Source: Octopus sinensis
Taxonomy: Eukaryota
NCBI RefSeq assembly: GCF_006345805.1
Contig: NC_043008.1
Coordinates: 71,672,001 to 71,736,000 of the forward strand
Direction of reading: 5' to 3'
DNA: 64,000 bases
Within the stretch, counting starts at the first letter, position 1. Each line of letters begins with the position of its first letter. Made by a program: the position numbers and the translations under genes. Below the pieces are notes generated by a model that made no database searches, had not been told where the DNA came from, and worked only from the letters and a program-made list of their open reading frames with translations. Positions 37,322-51,221 of this stretch are shown one piece after another.

Positions 37322-37700
37322 CACTGGAATGTGGCCATGCCGAGGCACAGCCTTAAGGGTTTAGTTTAACAAATCAATCACAGTACTTATAATTTAAAGC
37401 TGGATGCGTATTTTATCTGTCGCCATTGTTGAACCGCAAAGTTACACGGACGTAAACAAGTTAACATCGGTTGTTAGGCAGTGGCTGGGGACAAGCACAA
37501 ACACAAATAAACACACACATACACACACGCGTACACAAATATATATACAACAGGCTTCTTTCAACCTCCACTTACAAAATCCACTCGCAAGGATTCGGTC
37601 GAATTGCTCAGCCTGGGGCTATACTAGTAGACACATGCCGAATTTACTATACCGTGGGGCTGAATCTGAAGATATATGACTGAGACGCAAACTTCTTAAC
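37322..37700 (-). mobile_element. Composite SINE (same design as 10830-11262)
   Basis: Tail at 37322-37510, short CA/TA tract, CORE/tRNA head at 37550-37700. Confidence 0.7.
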
Positions 37701-38299
37701 ACATGTTCATAATTGGACCGTTGGTTTCTACTGGTTTGTCACAGAAATAAGAGTGTAAAGTTAGCAGCAAAAACAATATTCCGTATGGCTATCACTCGGT
37801 ACGTTGCCATGTTATTTCAAGCGCTTATATAGTGGTCAGCAGACACAGACACACCTTGGCCCACACTCTGTGGACCTATGGGAACTTGAAACATGTGTGA
37901 GTTGCTAAGGAGAGAGAGAGAGAGAGAGAGAGAAGGGGAGAGAAAAAGAGAGAGAAGTGCATCACTACAGTATAATAGAATGAAGCTACATGAACAATTA
38001 TATACAGTGCTCAAGAACAAAACGGAGCGTCAGGTCAGTGAATCAAACTCAGGATATTATGGTTATTTCAACTACCAAAGCACTCGTCAATGAGAGCAAA
38101 TTTAACTAACGATTTGTTATATAGTTTCTTATTAGTGTGAAAATCAGGCATCTGCTTTTAAGCAAGGGAATATCGGTGTGAGTAATTGGTGCATAAGTAA
38201 ATTTCGAAGAAAGAACTTCTTTGATGCCCTCAAGATTATTCTGATGCTAATCACAATGCATAATAACACATAATGTGATTTATCATTAATATTTATTAA

Positions 38300-39200
38300 A
38301 AGCCAGTGAACTGGCAGGTTCGTTAGTACGTGGGACAAAATGTATAGCGGCATTTTGTCCGTCTGAGCTCCGATTCTGCCGAGGTCTACTGTGCTGTTCG
38401 TCCTTTCGGGGTCGATGAATTTTCCATTTGATTTGTAGGATCAATGTAATCAGCTTACATCTTCCTTCAAAATTTCAGACCCTCTTGCTGTAGCAGAAAT
38501 GATTATTAATATTTATTTAAAGGCGGCGAACTGGCAGAATCGTAAGTACATAGAACATAATGCATAGCGGCATTTTGTAATCTTTAGCTTCTGAGTTCAA
38601 ATTCCGGTGCGGTCGATTTTGCCTTGTATCCATTCTAGGTCGATAAAATAAGTGCCTGTTCTGCACCGGGTCGATTTAATCGACTCCCCTCATCCAAAAC
38701 ATCAGACCTCATACCTATTAGTAAAAAAGATTATTGATATTTATACAAGACAGGCGAACTGGAGAATCACAGGTGCACTGGATATACTTGTGCTTATAGC
38801 AGAAAAGATCATGAAAATTCATTCAAGACGACAAGCTTGCAGAACTGTTAACATACCAGACAAAATGCTTCATGGTATTTCGTCTGCTTTTAAGTTCTTA
38901 GTTCAAATTCTGCCGGAGTAGAAGGTGCCTTTCATTCTTTCCGTGTCGATGAAGTACCAGTCAAATATTGTCGATGTAGTCACCCTCCCCTCAATAACTG
39001 CTGTGACTGTGTTAAAACTTGAAACTATTCTGAATATATATTTAGCACTAAGATGTTGGTGCACTAGAATCTTTATAATGACGTATTATATGCATTACTG
39101 TCTTTCTTCTGAGTTCAAATGTTGCTGAGGTACAGACTCTCTTTCCTCTCCCACACACTGAATCGATGAAAAAAGGAATCGTCAAGTGTCAGCATCGATA
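38300..39200 (+). mobile_element. Head-to-tail array of about four decayed family E SINEs
   Basis: Repeated GAACTGGCAG(A/G)..., TTCTGAGTTCAAAT and TCGATAAAATAAGT motifs. The first two units are about 215 bp apart and joined by ATTATTAATATTTATT linkers. Confidence 0.7.
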
Positions 39201-39794
39201 TAATACCATATATATTCTGAGCTTAGATTTGAATGAATTCTTTATTTGACATACATAGTTGTAGAGTTGTAAAATCGTCAGACCATCGGGATTTCTGAAG
39301 TGACGTTTTACACACTCGACCATGTCTTTACGATGCGTCTTCACCCAATTTTAATACAAGCGGACAATGAAAGTACTTCTAATACTGGATTTTCAATCCT
39401 GGCGATAGAACACTTCAAGAATATTCCAGAAATTGGAGATGGAAATATCGTCATCCAGTAAAACTGAAATTATGCCCCATAATTGTAAAAGGTGACTTTA
39501 AATATTCCATATCTTCTAGAAGCTGCTAAAACCGAGTATTGTTTAATCTCATACTAAGTTCACACGTACAAGCATACAGTATGAGCCACATACTCAAACA
39601 CACCACAGACACACTTCACACATTCTCGTAGAACATTGAGACACGTAAGTAAAATCTTCACGAGAGTTTACATAAACGCATGCACGCACACACTGATACA
39701 CACACACACACTTACACACAGGCACACGGCTCACTCAAACACATGCAGAAAAAACATTCACACGAACACGCAAATACCACGCACCAATTTAATC

Positions 39795-39970
39795 CATTCT
39801 ACTGGAGGCAGAGGGCCTCATATTTGTGGGGAGGAGACTAGTCGATTACATCGATCCCAGTGTTTCACTGGTATTTAATTTATCGACCCCGAAAGGATTA
39901 AAAGCACAGTCGACCTCGGCGGAATTTGAACTCGGAAGGTAGCCGCAGGCGAAATACCGCTAAGCATCCA
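39795..39970 (-). mobile_element. Family E SINE
   Basis: ATCGACCCCGAAAGGATTAAAAGCACAGTCGACCTCGGCGGAATTTGAACTC. Confidence 0.8.
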
Positions 39971-40489
39971 CGCACCAATATAATGATACGCAAACTAACA
40001 CAGACACTATTGTAGATGAAAGCTATGCTGTGATGGAAGTTGTATCAGTATGGTTACATCCTGTTTACCATTCCGCACAGACATTCGCCAAGCAAATATT
40101 TTGAAATTACATCTAGAATTATCAGAATTTCTTAGATCTAATTGGCTCAAAACTACTTTGACATTTAAAATTTATTATTTCAGTTTTCTTGCTTCACTGG
40201 TCGCTCTAAATTCAGCTTTTACTGTTTAAACAACTTAACTTACATCTTTTGCAACATAAATCTTCATCTGGAGTTGTTTGCTTTGGTAAATTCTGGTTGA
40301 TGAGGCAATAATATGTTCAGAGACGAAATACCAAAGATTCCAAGAAGTTTTAAATCTGTGTGGAACCATTGTGCGGATTAGCTTGTTATATTATATGTTT
40401 ACGCATGTGTGTGTGTGTGTGTTTGCGTACACACACACATGTACACACGCCCCCCCCCCCGCACACACATATAGACATGCGTATAGAAT

Positions 40490-40680
40490 CGCTGTCACGT
40501 CGGGCGAAATGCTTAGCGGTTTTATGTCTGCCGTTACGTTCTGATTTCAAATTCCGCCGAGATCGATTTTGCCTTTCATCCTTTACACTGGGGTTCAGTT
40601 AATCGATTAATCACTTGGTTTATGTTTGTGTGTCCCCTCTATGTTTAGCCCCTGTGGGTAATAAAGAAATAAATACGCAT
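40490..40680 (+). mobile_element. Family E SINE (internally deleted)
   Basis: CGGGCGAAATGCTTAGCGG...TCAAATTCCGCCGAGATCGATTTTGCCTTTCATCCTTT. Confidence 0.8.
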
Positions 40681-40986
40681 ATGAATATAAATATATACAT
40701 ACATACATAAAACACACACGAGTAATATCGACTGCATATTATGGAACAGCACATTCGGGGGAACGGGTAAGTCAATTACATCGACCCCAGTACGCAACTG
40801 GTTCTTTTTTCATCGATTTTGAAAGCATGGAAAGCAAAGTTCAGCACGGTGGTTTTATCTGCAATATTAAGTCATATATATCTCAATGTATCTTTAATCT
40901 CTCTCTCTCTCTCTCAATTTATTCACACACATATATATAGTTACATATATAGTTATATATGCGTACACATGTTCATATATATGTGC

Positions 40987-41057
<71 letters not shown>

Positions 41058-41144
41058 CATATATATATATATATATTTATATACACAAACGCACACACTC
41101 ACACATAGACAGTTCCCCCCCATATAATTATAATGATACTCCTT

Positions 41145-41480
41145 TCTACTATAGGCAAAAGGCTTGAAATTTTCTGGGCGGGGACTAGTCGATCACATCC
41201 ATCCCAATGTTTCACTGGTACTCAATTTATCGACCAGAAAGGTTAAAAGGCAAAGTCGATTTCGATGGAATTTGAACTTAGAACGTGGCGACCGGTGAAA
41301 TACCGGTAAACATTTCGTCTACCGATATTTCGCATGTTACTACGTTCTGAGTTCAAATTCTGCCGAGGCTGACTTTGCCTTTCATCCTTTCGGAATCGAT
41401 AAAATAAGTACCAGTTGAGTACTGCGTTTGATGTAATCTACTATCGTCTTCCTTAAAATCTGAGGCCGTGTGCATATAGC
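41145..41480. mobile_element. Head-to-head inverted pair of family E SINEs
   Basis: Minus copy at about 41145-41310 and plus copy at about 41340-41480. Confidence 0.8.
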
Positions 41481-41504
41481 AAAAATTATAACTAGTATTA
41501 TGGT

Positions 41505-41612
41505 CCGAGTTCAGTGACAATGCGTGTGGCACCATGGGCAAGTGTCTTCTACTATAGCCTCGGACCAGAATCTTGTGAGTTGATTTGGTAGACGGAATTT
41601 GAAAGAAGCCTT
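41505..41612 (-). mobile_element. CORE-SINE head fragment
   Basis: GGCACCATGGGCAAGTGTCTTCTACTATAGCCTCGG is the reverse complement of the matching segments at 11.1-11.2 kb and 37.6 kb. Confidence 0.7.
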
Positions 41613-41614
41613 TC

Positions 41615-41734
<120 letters not shown>

Positions 41735-42511
41735 TATATATTATGTGTGTGTGTGTTTGTGCACTTAAGGGCATTACTATACATAAATGCCTTACGCTAT
41801 GAGAGACTTTTAATGTTTATTCATTTATGTATAGTAATGCCCTTAATATAAGCAAATATATTTAAGAGTTATAAATTGATGAATTTTTCTCTTTTGAGGT
41901 TTTTCACGCTAACTACTTGATAAATTCTTATAATGATTTTATCCTATTTTTCAATTATATATATATATACTGCCACCTTATACATACGTACAAGTATATA
42001 TAGTACTCACATGCATATGAAGCTAGCCACTAAATTATTAATCGTTGACGCTTTTTAAGGATACGAACCACTACATGATATCTCAAATTCGGGGCAGAAG
42101 TAAAATACGGACCGTTTATCTGTCATTTACACCTATACTTTGTCTTTTATAAAAGTTATTGAACATATACTGAGATACATTTTATTTCTTGTATTCATTG
42201 TTCTGTGTTGTCTTCATATTGACATTTGCTTGTTCCTTAAGGAACTAAACGGATACAGTTATGCGTATGGAATTAATGCACCCAGAAGTGATAGCGAAAT
42301 CACAATTATATGCACAACCATAAATTTCGTTTAACGTGATGTGTTCAATACTTACACAAAATCTATCATACATATTTTTCTGCTCTAGTTATATATATAT
42401 ATATATATATAGATATAGATATACAGATATATATGATATATACATACATATTTATACACATATGTATTACATATACGTATATATTCATATATATGTATAC
42501 ATACATATATT

Positions 42512-42544
<33 letters not shown>

Positions 42545-42571
42545 TATATATATGTATATATATATATATAT

Positions 42572-42604
<33 letters not shown>

Positions 42605-43679
42605 TAGTATAAATATATATATATATATATATATATCAATGTTGTATAACTGAAATTACATTTATCACACATTCTTTGCTTCGAAAATGGAAGAAATTAG
42701 CGATTTTTTCTTTCCGAAGATGGGGGTGTAATTAATTAATTCACTGTTTTTATTCTGCTTCCTTTTCTCCTCCCTATCTTAATTACCTACTTAAATTTAA
42801 TGTATCAACAAATAAGATTTTGTATAATTAAACAAATGCAGAAATCTTGTTTATTTTTTTATTTCATTTATGCTTCAGTTTCCTTTCTTTTATTTCGCCC
42901 ATTATTTCATTTTATACATTTTGTCTAATTTTATTACCATTATCATTAATTGTTTGTATTATTATTGGCTTCTTTTTTTTGTAAATATCTGAAAATGAAT
43001 TTATCCAAACACCGTATGTCTTAATTGTCCTCAATTTCACATCACAAGTACTTCAGGGTTTTCAATGTTTCTTATTTGAAATACAGGTGACACTCATTTG
43101 TTAGCAGAATATTTTACATTCAGCGAATTTTTTTATGCGTGTCGGAAAATTTCGATAAAATTATATTCTGTGAGATGCTGTTTCTATTCTTTATTGAACT
43201 ATTCTGTTTTCGACCATAATCCATTGCAATTGATGTCTTACCCATGACTAAATACACAACGGTACAGCAATTTATGATGGAGTATGAAGGAGTCGTTAAT
43301 CCCTTAGAAATATCAAACAAGTGTTTCTCAATGCATAATCGAACATCTAAGAAAAACTTTTAAGGCAGTGGATAATTTTGCCATAGATGTACAAAGGATA
43401 AGGACGGTGTCTTTTTACTCATGTCTGTTTTATTTGGTCTTACTTTTTGGGCTAATTTAAGTATATTTCGTTTGCAATAATATGGGATTACAGAATACTG
43501 ATTGATCAAAGATGAAGTACAGACATCTGTCAATAGCAAAAGAGTATGCCTTGGCAAACGCAATCTGATTTCGCTCAGTGTTTTAGATGCCTGTTCAGTC
43601 GCGAGCAGAAATAGACGTCCTCACAGACACCACTCATACTTGATCTCTAAGAACAATGGAGATGCAACTGCTGGATAGA

Positions 43680-43815
43680 GAAGTTGGTAATCATAACAGC
43701 TGCGAAGACTAATCTGAAACAACGTGCCTTGCTCATGGAAACAACGTGTTGATCTCTGAATGAATTGACACCACAACCTTATGATCATGAGCCAAGCACC
43801 CTGATCCCTGGGCCT
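43680..43815 (-). mobile_element. Decayed CORE-like SINE
   Basis: GTGCCTTGCTCATGGAAACAACG...ACCTTATGATCATGAGCC resembles the reverse complement of the 10352 family. Confidence 0.55.
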
Positions 43816-44739
43816 TAAATAATCAGGGCTAATATGGCGCTAACTGAAGAAAAAATGACACATTACGGTTATTGAAAACTTCAGTGTTTACTGTTTATCT
43901 TCCTGAATTTGAACATAGAAGACACATGAAGACAAAGTTACTAAATTGAAAGCTAGAACATTTATGCGGAAAAATGGCTGTGTTAATGAAAACTACGCTC
44001 AAAAACAGAAGCAATGGATTACAGTTTTAAACAATTAAAACATGTCAAATTTCCTCTGTTTTTAAAGCTTGCAACTTAAGTTTAATACCAGTGGTTATTA
44101 CCCATCATAGAACAGTGAACATTAGAATGTGAGGGTAGAAACCAAATGTTATAGTACGACCAAATACAGTGTGGACTTTTAGCAATGGGTATTGCAACCA
44201 CCATGGATATCTTTTGCAAAATGTTTTCCACGTAACATGGGCTCAATACCTAATATTTATATCAAGGAGGGGTGTACAACAAATTATGATATCGAAGCCA
44301 GAATTTAAAAAATTATTTTATCGACCCTGGAACGCTAGTACGGAAGACTGCCTCGTTAGAGTTCGAACTCAAAATTCAAAGGGTTGTAAACAAACAGCTC
44401 AAAATACTTTATAGCTTTATCGATTCTGTCAATCGCCCCTCCACTCACATTCATTCACTCAAATGTAAATGTCTTACAGTGAAAACAAGTTTGAATATAT
44501 TAAAGGAACGTAACCAGTTCGTTTACATTCCCTTAATATATGACTGATTTATACTTTCTTGTCTCTCGAGACATGTAATATATGTATCAGATCATCTTCG
44601 TGTCAAAGCCAAACAAGGAAAAATTGATGACATCCAAACTTAGAGAAAAGTGACTAAATATTGTAAAATACTCAATACGGCACTGGGGTGTATCTAATGA
44701 TTTTTGATTTCTATGTTTATTATTCTAATCCCTCCTGTA

Positions 44740-45150
44740 GGCAGCGAGCTTGCCGAATCGCTACCGCGCCGGGAACAATGATTAGCTGCATTACCTTCCT
44801 CTTTCATCATTTTCGGGTCGATAAATTAGGTACCATTTAAGTACTGGGATTGATGTAATCGACTATCACCTACCCCAAATTTCAGGCCTTGTGCCTATTG
44901 TAGAAACAGTCATTGTAATCCTTCCTGAAGACGGTGAGGAGGCAGAATCGCTAGCAGGCCCAGCAAAATGTTCAGCGGCATTTCGCCTGTCTTTAGGTTC
45001 TGTATTCAAAAACCGCTGCGGTCGACTTTGTCTCTGATCTTTTTGGGATCGATAAACATAAAATAAGTACCAGTCGAACACTTGGTAGAGGTAATCGACT
45101 CAACGACTTGCCTGAAATTGCTGGCCATGTGCAAAATTTTGAAACCAATA
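44740..45150 (+). mobile_element. Two consecutive family E SINEs
   Basis: GGCAGCGAGCTTGCCGAATCG...CAGGCCTTGTGCCTAT, then GGCAGAATCGCTAGC...AAATTTTGAAACC. Confidence 0.75.
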
Positions 45151-45367
45151 TTAGTGTTGACGCAGTTTTCCAATGCATGGTAAAACTGGAACCTGATATT
45201 TTCGACTGAGATTAGAAGATTAAAGAGGATTTTGGTGCAGTTTGAACTTCAAGCGTACAAGACCTTCATTATGCATTGATAGATTGTTGTCAGGCTGACG
45301 GTCACTTCTGGCACCTGCAGTTCTGAGGCTATAAAAAAATTAGTTATAACACGTGCGCTCGCGCACG

Positions 45368-45452
<85 letters not shown>

Positions 45453-47062
45453 ACACACACACAAAAACACATACACACACACACGCATAGATACAGGAAT
45501 GTCACATACATAGAGAGAGTCTTCTGATGTTATTAATACAGTTCCGCGTGTTCTTAAATTTCTCAAGGGCACGTTTAATTTTATTGTTTTTGAGTAAGGG
45601 ATGAAGTGACGTGTTTATCTGTTTTTTGTTTTTGTCGATATCTACAACACTAATAGAAGAAATGGCTGGTATTCATATTCAGAACGACAATCACAACAGG
45701 GTGAGCTCCCTAAACACATTCAAGAACCAGGTGGATACACCGGGTGACAATGTCTGCTATCCAGGAACTCTAAACGTAAAGAATTTAAACAAATTCCACA
45801 ATGCACCTCTCCGATACTTTAAAAATTCAGCCAAGCCACTACTTTGGACCGGCTCTTTGCTTTACTGGCCGTAAAAGGATGGAAGACAAAGCGGGTAGGA
45901 CTTGAACTCGGTCTGTGTAATAGCACAAGTGAAGACTGAAGTAGTTTGCTTCTTCGGAAGTTAATTATCATATTCATTAGTTTCTAAAATTTATGTTCAT
46001 GTAATAACTACATTACCGGAGCGTCATCTCTGAAACGATGTAGAAAGCGGTCGACATATATATATATACACAAGCGAAAGAGCGTTCATGCTTTCCTATT
46101 TCGTCCTTCCGACCGAAATAATGAAAGATGTCCGTAATTAATTGAAATTACATCACAATATTTCCATCAGAGGAAATGAGAGAAAGTTTAGTTGGATACG
46201 AAAAGATTAGGAAGCAATCATGATAATTTTCGACCATCAAGGGCTGATGGATTTTCGTCTATTCTCGTTGATGTTGTATATTTTGTGAGCTGAAGTACTG
46301 AAGTGACGTCATTATGTTTCACTACATCAGTCAGTGGCGTCAGGCAGTTTTATGATTTAAATAGCCATTTCCTCTCTTTATTAGTGACATAGGGACGGGT
46401 TGAGGTTGTTAATTACATCTCAGAAAAATAAATTATAAATGTTATTAAAATTGATCATTAGTAAAATAAATAAAACAAACAACAAAAGTGAAATACGGAC
46501 AAATGATTTATTAGGAAATATACAAGAAAAATCATTCACACACATCCAACAATATAGAAATGTATACACACGCATACATGAATGCACATATCTACGCACA
46601 TACACATATCTATACGTCTTTGTGATGAGATGGCGTAAATGAAAGCCTTGTGTTTACAGTGTTGAACTGATAAACTTAGGTAACGCGTTCTGATCACGGT
46701 GTCAGCAGTGACTTCTGCCCTTCAGCAAAGCCATTTCACTTTACGTTGCTGCAGTATATCCAACGAAAAGGAAGTATTAATGTTATCTGTGGCTTGAACC
46801 TACAATGAACTAGCTTCTCGTTCCATCCATAAAGATGTATTCTCAACCTAACTGCCTTGAAAATCTCATTTCTTGGATTGTCGGTTGGAATCACGCAAAA
46901 CGTAACTGTACGCACACACAAATACATACACACACACGCAAGAGTTTGTGCTGGCGATGACTATGATGTCTAAATTGGTAACGGTGCTGGACTTGGCGGT
47001 GACGGCAAGTAGCATTGGGGATACCTCAGCTTACAAGTACACAAATACAAGAAGGGTTTCAC

Positions 47063-47108
<46 letters not shown>

Positions 47109-47167
47109 CATATATACATATACATATATATATATATATATATACATACACACATCACACACACTTA

Positions 47168-47206
<39 letters not shown>

Positions 47207-48124
47207 TACTCATGTACCTATAAGTAAAGATTAAGTGCGTATTGAGGACAGATGCATTCAAACAGACAAATTATGAACAACGGTGAGGAAAATGAAATAC
47301 GGCCAGGCTCTAATTTAATCCATTTATCAATTTAAACATAAGAGCGTTGCTTTTTCTTCTTTTCGTTAAACTTGACATTTCACATTGTAGAAGATCAAAT
47401 TAATATTCATGTCATTATATTTTTGGTTTTTCCTTTAAATAATACCGAGGCCTAAAAGGAATAAAAATCACCTGCATTACAAGTATGAAATTTAAAATTA
47501 CTCATTTCCTTCTCTAAATAGTGATCTGTTGGTTAACTTATGCAATAATATCAATATTTCTGTGTGTATATGTACATACACACACATATACACGCGTATA
47601 TATGTGTATATGATATGTATATATATATGCGCCTGTCGTTTTGTGTACGTATAAAACATCAAGATGCTTAGGTACAAACAGACTTGCGTTTTGCGCATTT
47701 TGGGATTTATATGTGTGTGTGTATGTATGTTTTTGATTAGAATGCATAAATCCGTATGTTTATATACATACATGCATACATACATACACATATATTCTTT
47801 TTATTATTTTACTTGTTCCCGTTATTTGATAGCGGCCATGGTGAAGCACCGATTTGAAGGGTTTTAATCGAAGAAATCGACCACAGGAATCATATTTTTA
47901 AAGCCTAGTAATTATTCTACAGGTCTCATCTGCCAAACCGCTAATTATATACTCACAGGCCTATGCTGGCTTGCGATTATCCAGCAGTATCAATCGTAAT
48001 GATGCTGATGAATATCATGCGTTGTATTATGTTCAATTGCCGTCATCACTCAGCCATACATACATACACACATGCATACACACATGCATGCTTGCATACA
48101 TGCATAAATACATACATACATAGA

Positions 48125-48720
48125 GATGCAGGAAATACAGTAATATGTGACAACCGATGCAGTCTTTGTGGAATTTACACCGAAAGTATCCTCAAAAATG
48201 TCCTCACGGTAATCTACCGATGAGACATGATGTTCTAAGTAGAAAGGATAAACCCGAGGACAAAGAAATAAGAGCTCACAGTATGGTAGAAGCCATAGCC
48301 ACAATAATAAAATGGAATACTGGTGGAATGTCCCAGTGAAATAAAGTATCAACACAATAGACTTATACTGATTTGGGATAGAGAAGAGAAACTGTGTGTA
48401 ATTGTAGAAATCAGCTGCACAACGGATGTTAACATAAAGCTGAAAATCAGTGAAAAAGAGAATACCTACGCTGAACTATTGAAAAATCTGCAGTTACTCT
48501 ATCCAGATTACAAGTTCAGGTTTATCTCTGTAATTATTGGGGTACTGGGATATGTAGTACACTGCCTAAACCACGTTACACAAAACCAGAAAGGAGAAAG
48601 TCGATTCAAAGTTTATAGATCCAAGCTATCACTGGAAATATAGAAATCTGCAAAACATTTCAGAAGTTTATCATCTAAGTATCTATGAGCATGTCTAGAA
48701 ATGCAAGAATATGTTTGAGA
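48125..48720 (+). mobile_element. 3' fragment of a distinct RLE LINE, embedded in (CATA)n-rich sequence
   Basis: WWNVPVK..HNR(P)LILIWDREEKLCVIVEISC..DVNI..K..EKENTYAELL...FISVIIGVLG is a PD-(D/E)xK-type RLE domain. Confidence 0.8.
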
Positions 48721-50307
48721 AGACATACATAAAGCAAACCATACAAATCTGTACATATACTCACATACGTACATATGTACATGCATGCACACATATAGAT
48801 ATGCATGTATACATCTATGCATACACACACGCACATACACACATACATATAGTGCACATAGACATAAGACGAGGTGCAAAGACAATCATAGCGTGCATTA
48901 GGTTAAACCAAGGAATGGGAACAAAGAAGGAAACATCATTAACGTTTCGACCATGTATTCTTCTTCTGAAAGAAATGTTAAACAAGAAGAAAAAGAAACG
49001 ATCGAAAATAGAGAAAAGGAGTGCGTGGGCTACGTTATACCTCGTCGATCTTGACGCATTGACTTCCCGTTATTTGATCAACTAGATGACATGCACTTTG
49101 AATTAACGGTCAAATTTGCCAATATTTCACAGATACATGTACCCTTAATGCTAAACGTAATTCTCAAGTATAATCAGCGTGACACATGTGTGATATAGCT
49201 GGATATTTGAATTACAATCAATCTGGCTGGCTTCTATAATTTCTGTCTACCTAATGAAGTAAATTCTGCAGCTAGGTTGACTGATTGATGAGCAGCGGAC
49301 TGAATGTGATCTAATATCTATTCTTGTTATCTAAATGTGAATGGTCAGTTGCCTCGATATATCGGTAGGGTCAGTGGTGCGTTATATAGTAGTTGCTCTT
49401 AACGTATAGATTAATCAATGCCTTTTAGGCCCAGACTGGTATATTTTACTAAAAGATTGTTCAGCTAAGGTAATGTGGGATGAAATGTTCTATGCAGAAT
49501 CACAAACAGTGAATTTGATCTTACTCGCTTTTGTATGTTTTTAGTTGTTCTATTACGGTCATAGGTAAGGCGCCGTTTTCTGGGACATATCCACGCCTGC
49601 TCGCGCACGCGCACCCGCACGCATACACAGATGTATATATATGTATAAAGGTCCAGTCATCTAACCCCCACTGTGCTCACATAGATACATACACACATAT
49701 ATACACACAAACATGCACACGCACTCACGCACGCACACACACGTACACACACATAGACACACACACACACATACACATACATGCCAACACACATGCAAAC
49801 CGAAAATTATAAAACGGACACATTTGAATAACATTTCCATGTGGAGATTTTCGTACTCCTGAGGGTATGGAACCTAGGAATTCTGTTTAGCGATGAGTTT
49901 ATAATAAAAATAAAATAATGTTTATCCTCTTACTTTCGTATTCAATACTATCACTTCGTGTCCTCTCCACGTGTTTTGAAATCTCTCTCGGTTTTTCAAA
50001 CTCTCTTTGAAGCACACAGCAGATACACCTACATCCGCTTACACTCACCCACTCACACACACACACACACACACTTATATACATTTCCTTTTATATTTCA
50101 TTTATATTATATTTTATCATCTTATACCAAATTGTTTTATTCTGATTCTACTCCCGACTGATACTTCTCTCTCTTCTACCGCTGCCTCCACATAGCTATC
50201 AACACTCATACTACTACTACTACTACTACTACAACTACTACTACTACCACTACCACTACTACCACCGCCACCACCACCACCACCACCACCACCACCACTA
50301 CTACTAG

Positions 50308-50368
<61 letters not shown>

Positions 50369-50511
50369 CAGTAGTAGTATGTCTATTAGTTTTCCATTTC
50401 TACTATTTTTTCTGTAGCTATTCATTCTAATTGATGTTTATACGTCATGAAATGTCAGGCAGCGACAACAAAAGTGATTATAACAACAAGTTCTAAATCA
50501 TCAACAACAAT

Positions 50512-50543
<32 letters not shown>

Positions 50544-51221
50544 CTGCAATATTAACAAACCAAATGAATGTAAAGAACATCAGCAATTACAAAACAATTG
50601 TTACTATAAGAATAACAAAACAAAAATCAACAACGGGGAAAAACAACTGCAGCAGCAACAATAATAGGAACGATAACTCCAGCATGAACAACTACTGAAA
50701 TTATAGCATCGAAAAAACAAAATATATGTTTAAAAACTCTTAATAAAATAACAGAACATAATCTTCGTTTACACGGTCTCTGTTTTATTGCTGTTGTTGT
50801 TGTTGTTGTAGTTGGTGGTGGTGGTGGTGGTGGTGGTGGAAGTCAAGATCGTGATGGTGCTGGTGGTGATAAATTTTGTGGTACGCGTTATTGCGTGCGC
50901 TGTTAGATTGTTATTATTGTCGTTATTGTAGTTGGTGGTGACAGAGTTGTTTCGCGAATTTGTTGGTGATAATGATGCTATGTTAGTATTGAATGTTGAC
51001 GTTATTATTCTGCGCTCGCTTTCACGGAACCGGGAGTCATCAACATTTACTTATTCCCTGCCTTAGAGTCCGGAAGTGAAGAACGTAAGACTAAGTGTCA
51101 CTTGCTTCATTATCGATATTTTTGTTTACGAATGAAGGAAATATGACGCAATAGCTATAATGTTAATAACAAATATAGACATCATCAGCAGGAAAAAATA
51201 CTGTTACTACTACACGTTGAT

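Noticed and set aside
46304-46363. TGACGTCA (CRE) site with a nearby TGGCGTCA and TTTAAATA; other TGACGTCA sites near 5654 and 7546
   Set aside because: Short motifs are expected by chance at about this frequency, and there is no associated gene or other promoter evidence.
51060-51085. CCGGAAGTG (ETS-like) motif; also AACATGGCG (YY1-like) near 17690
   Set aside because: Isolated short motifs without a CpG-rich region or a downstream exon.
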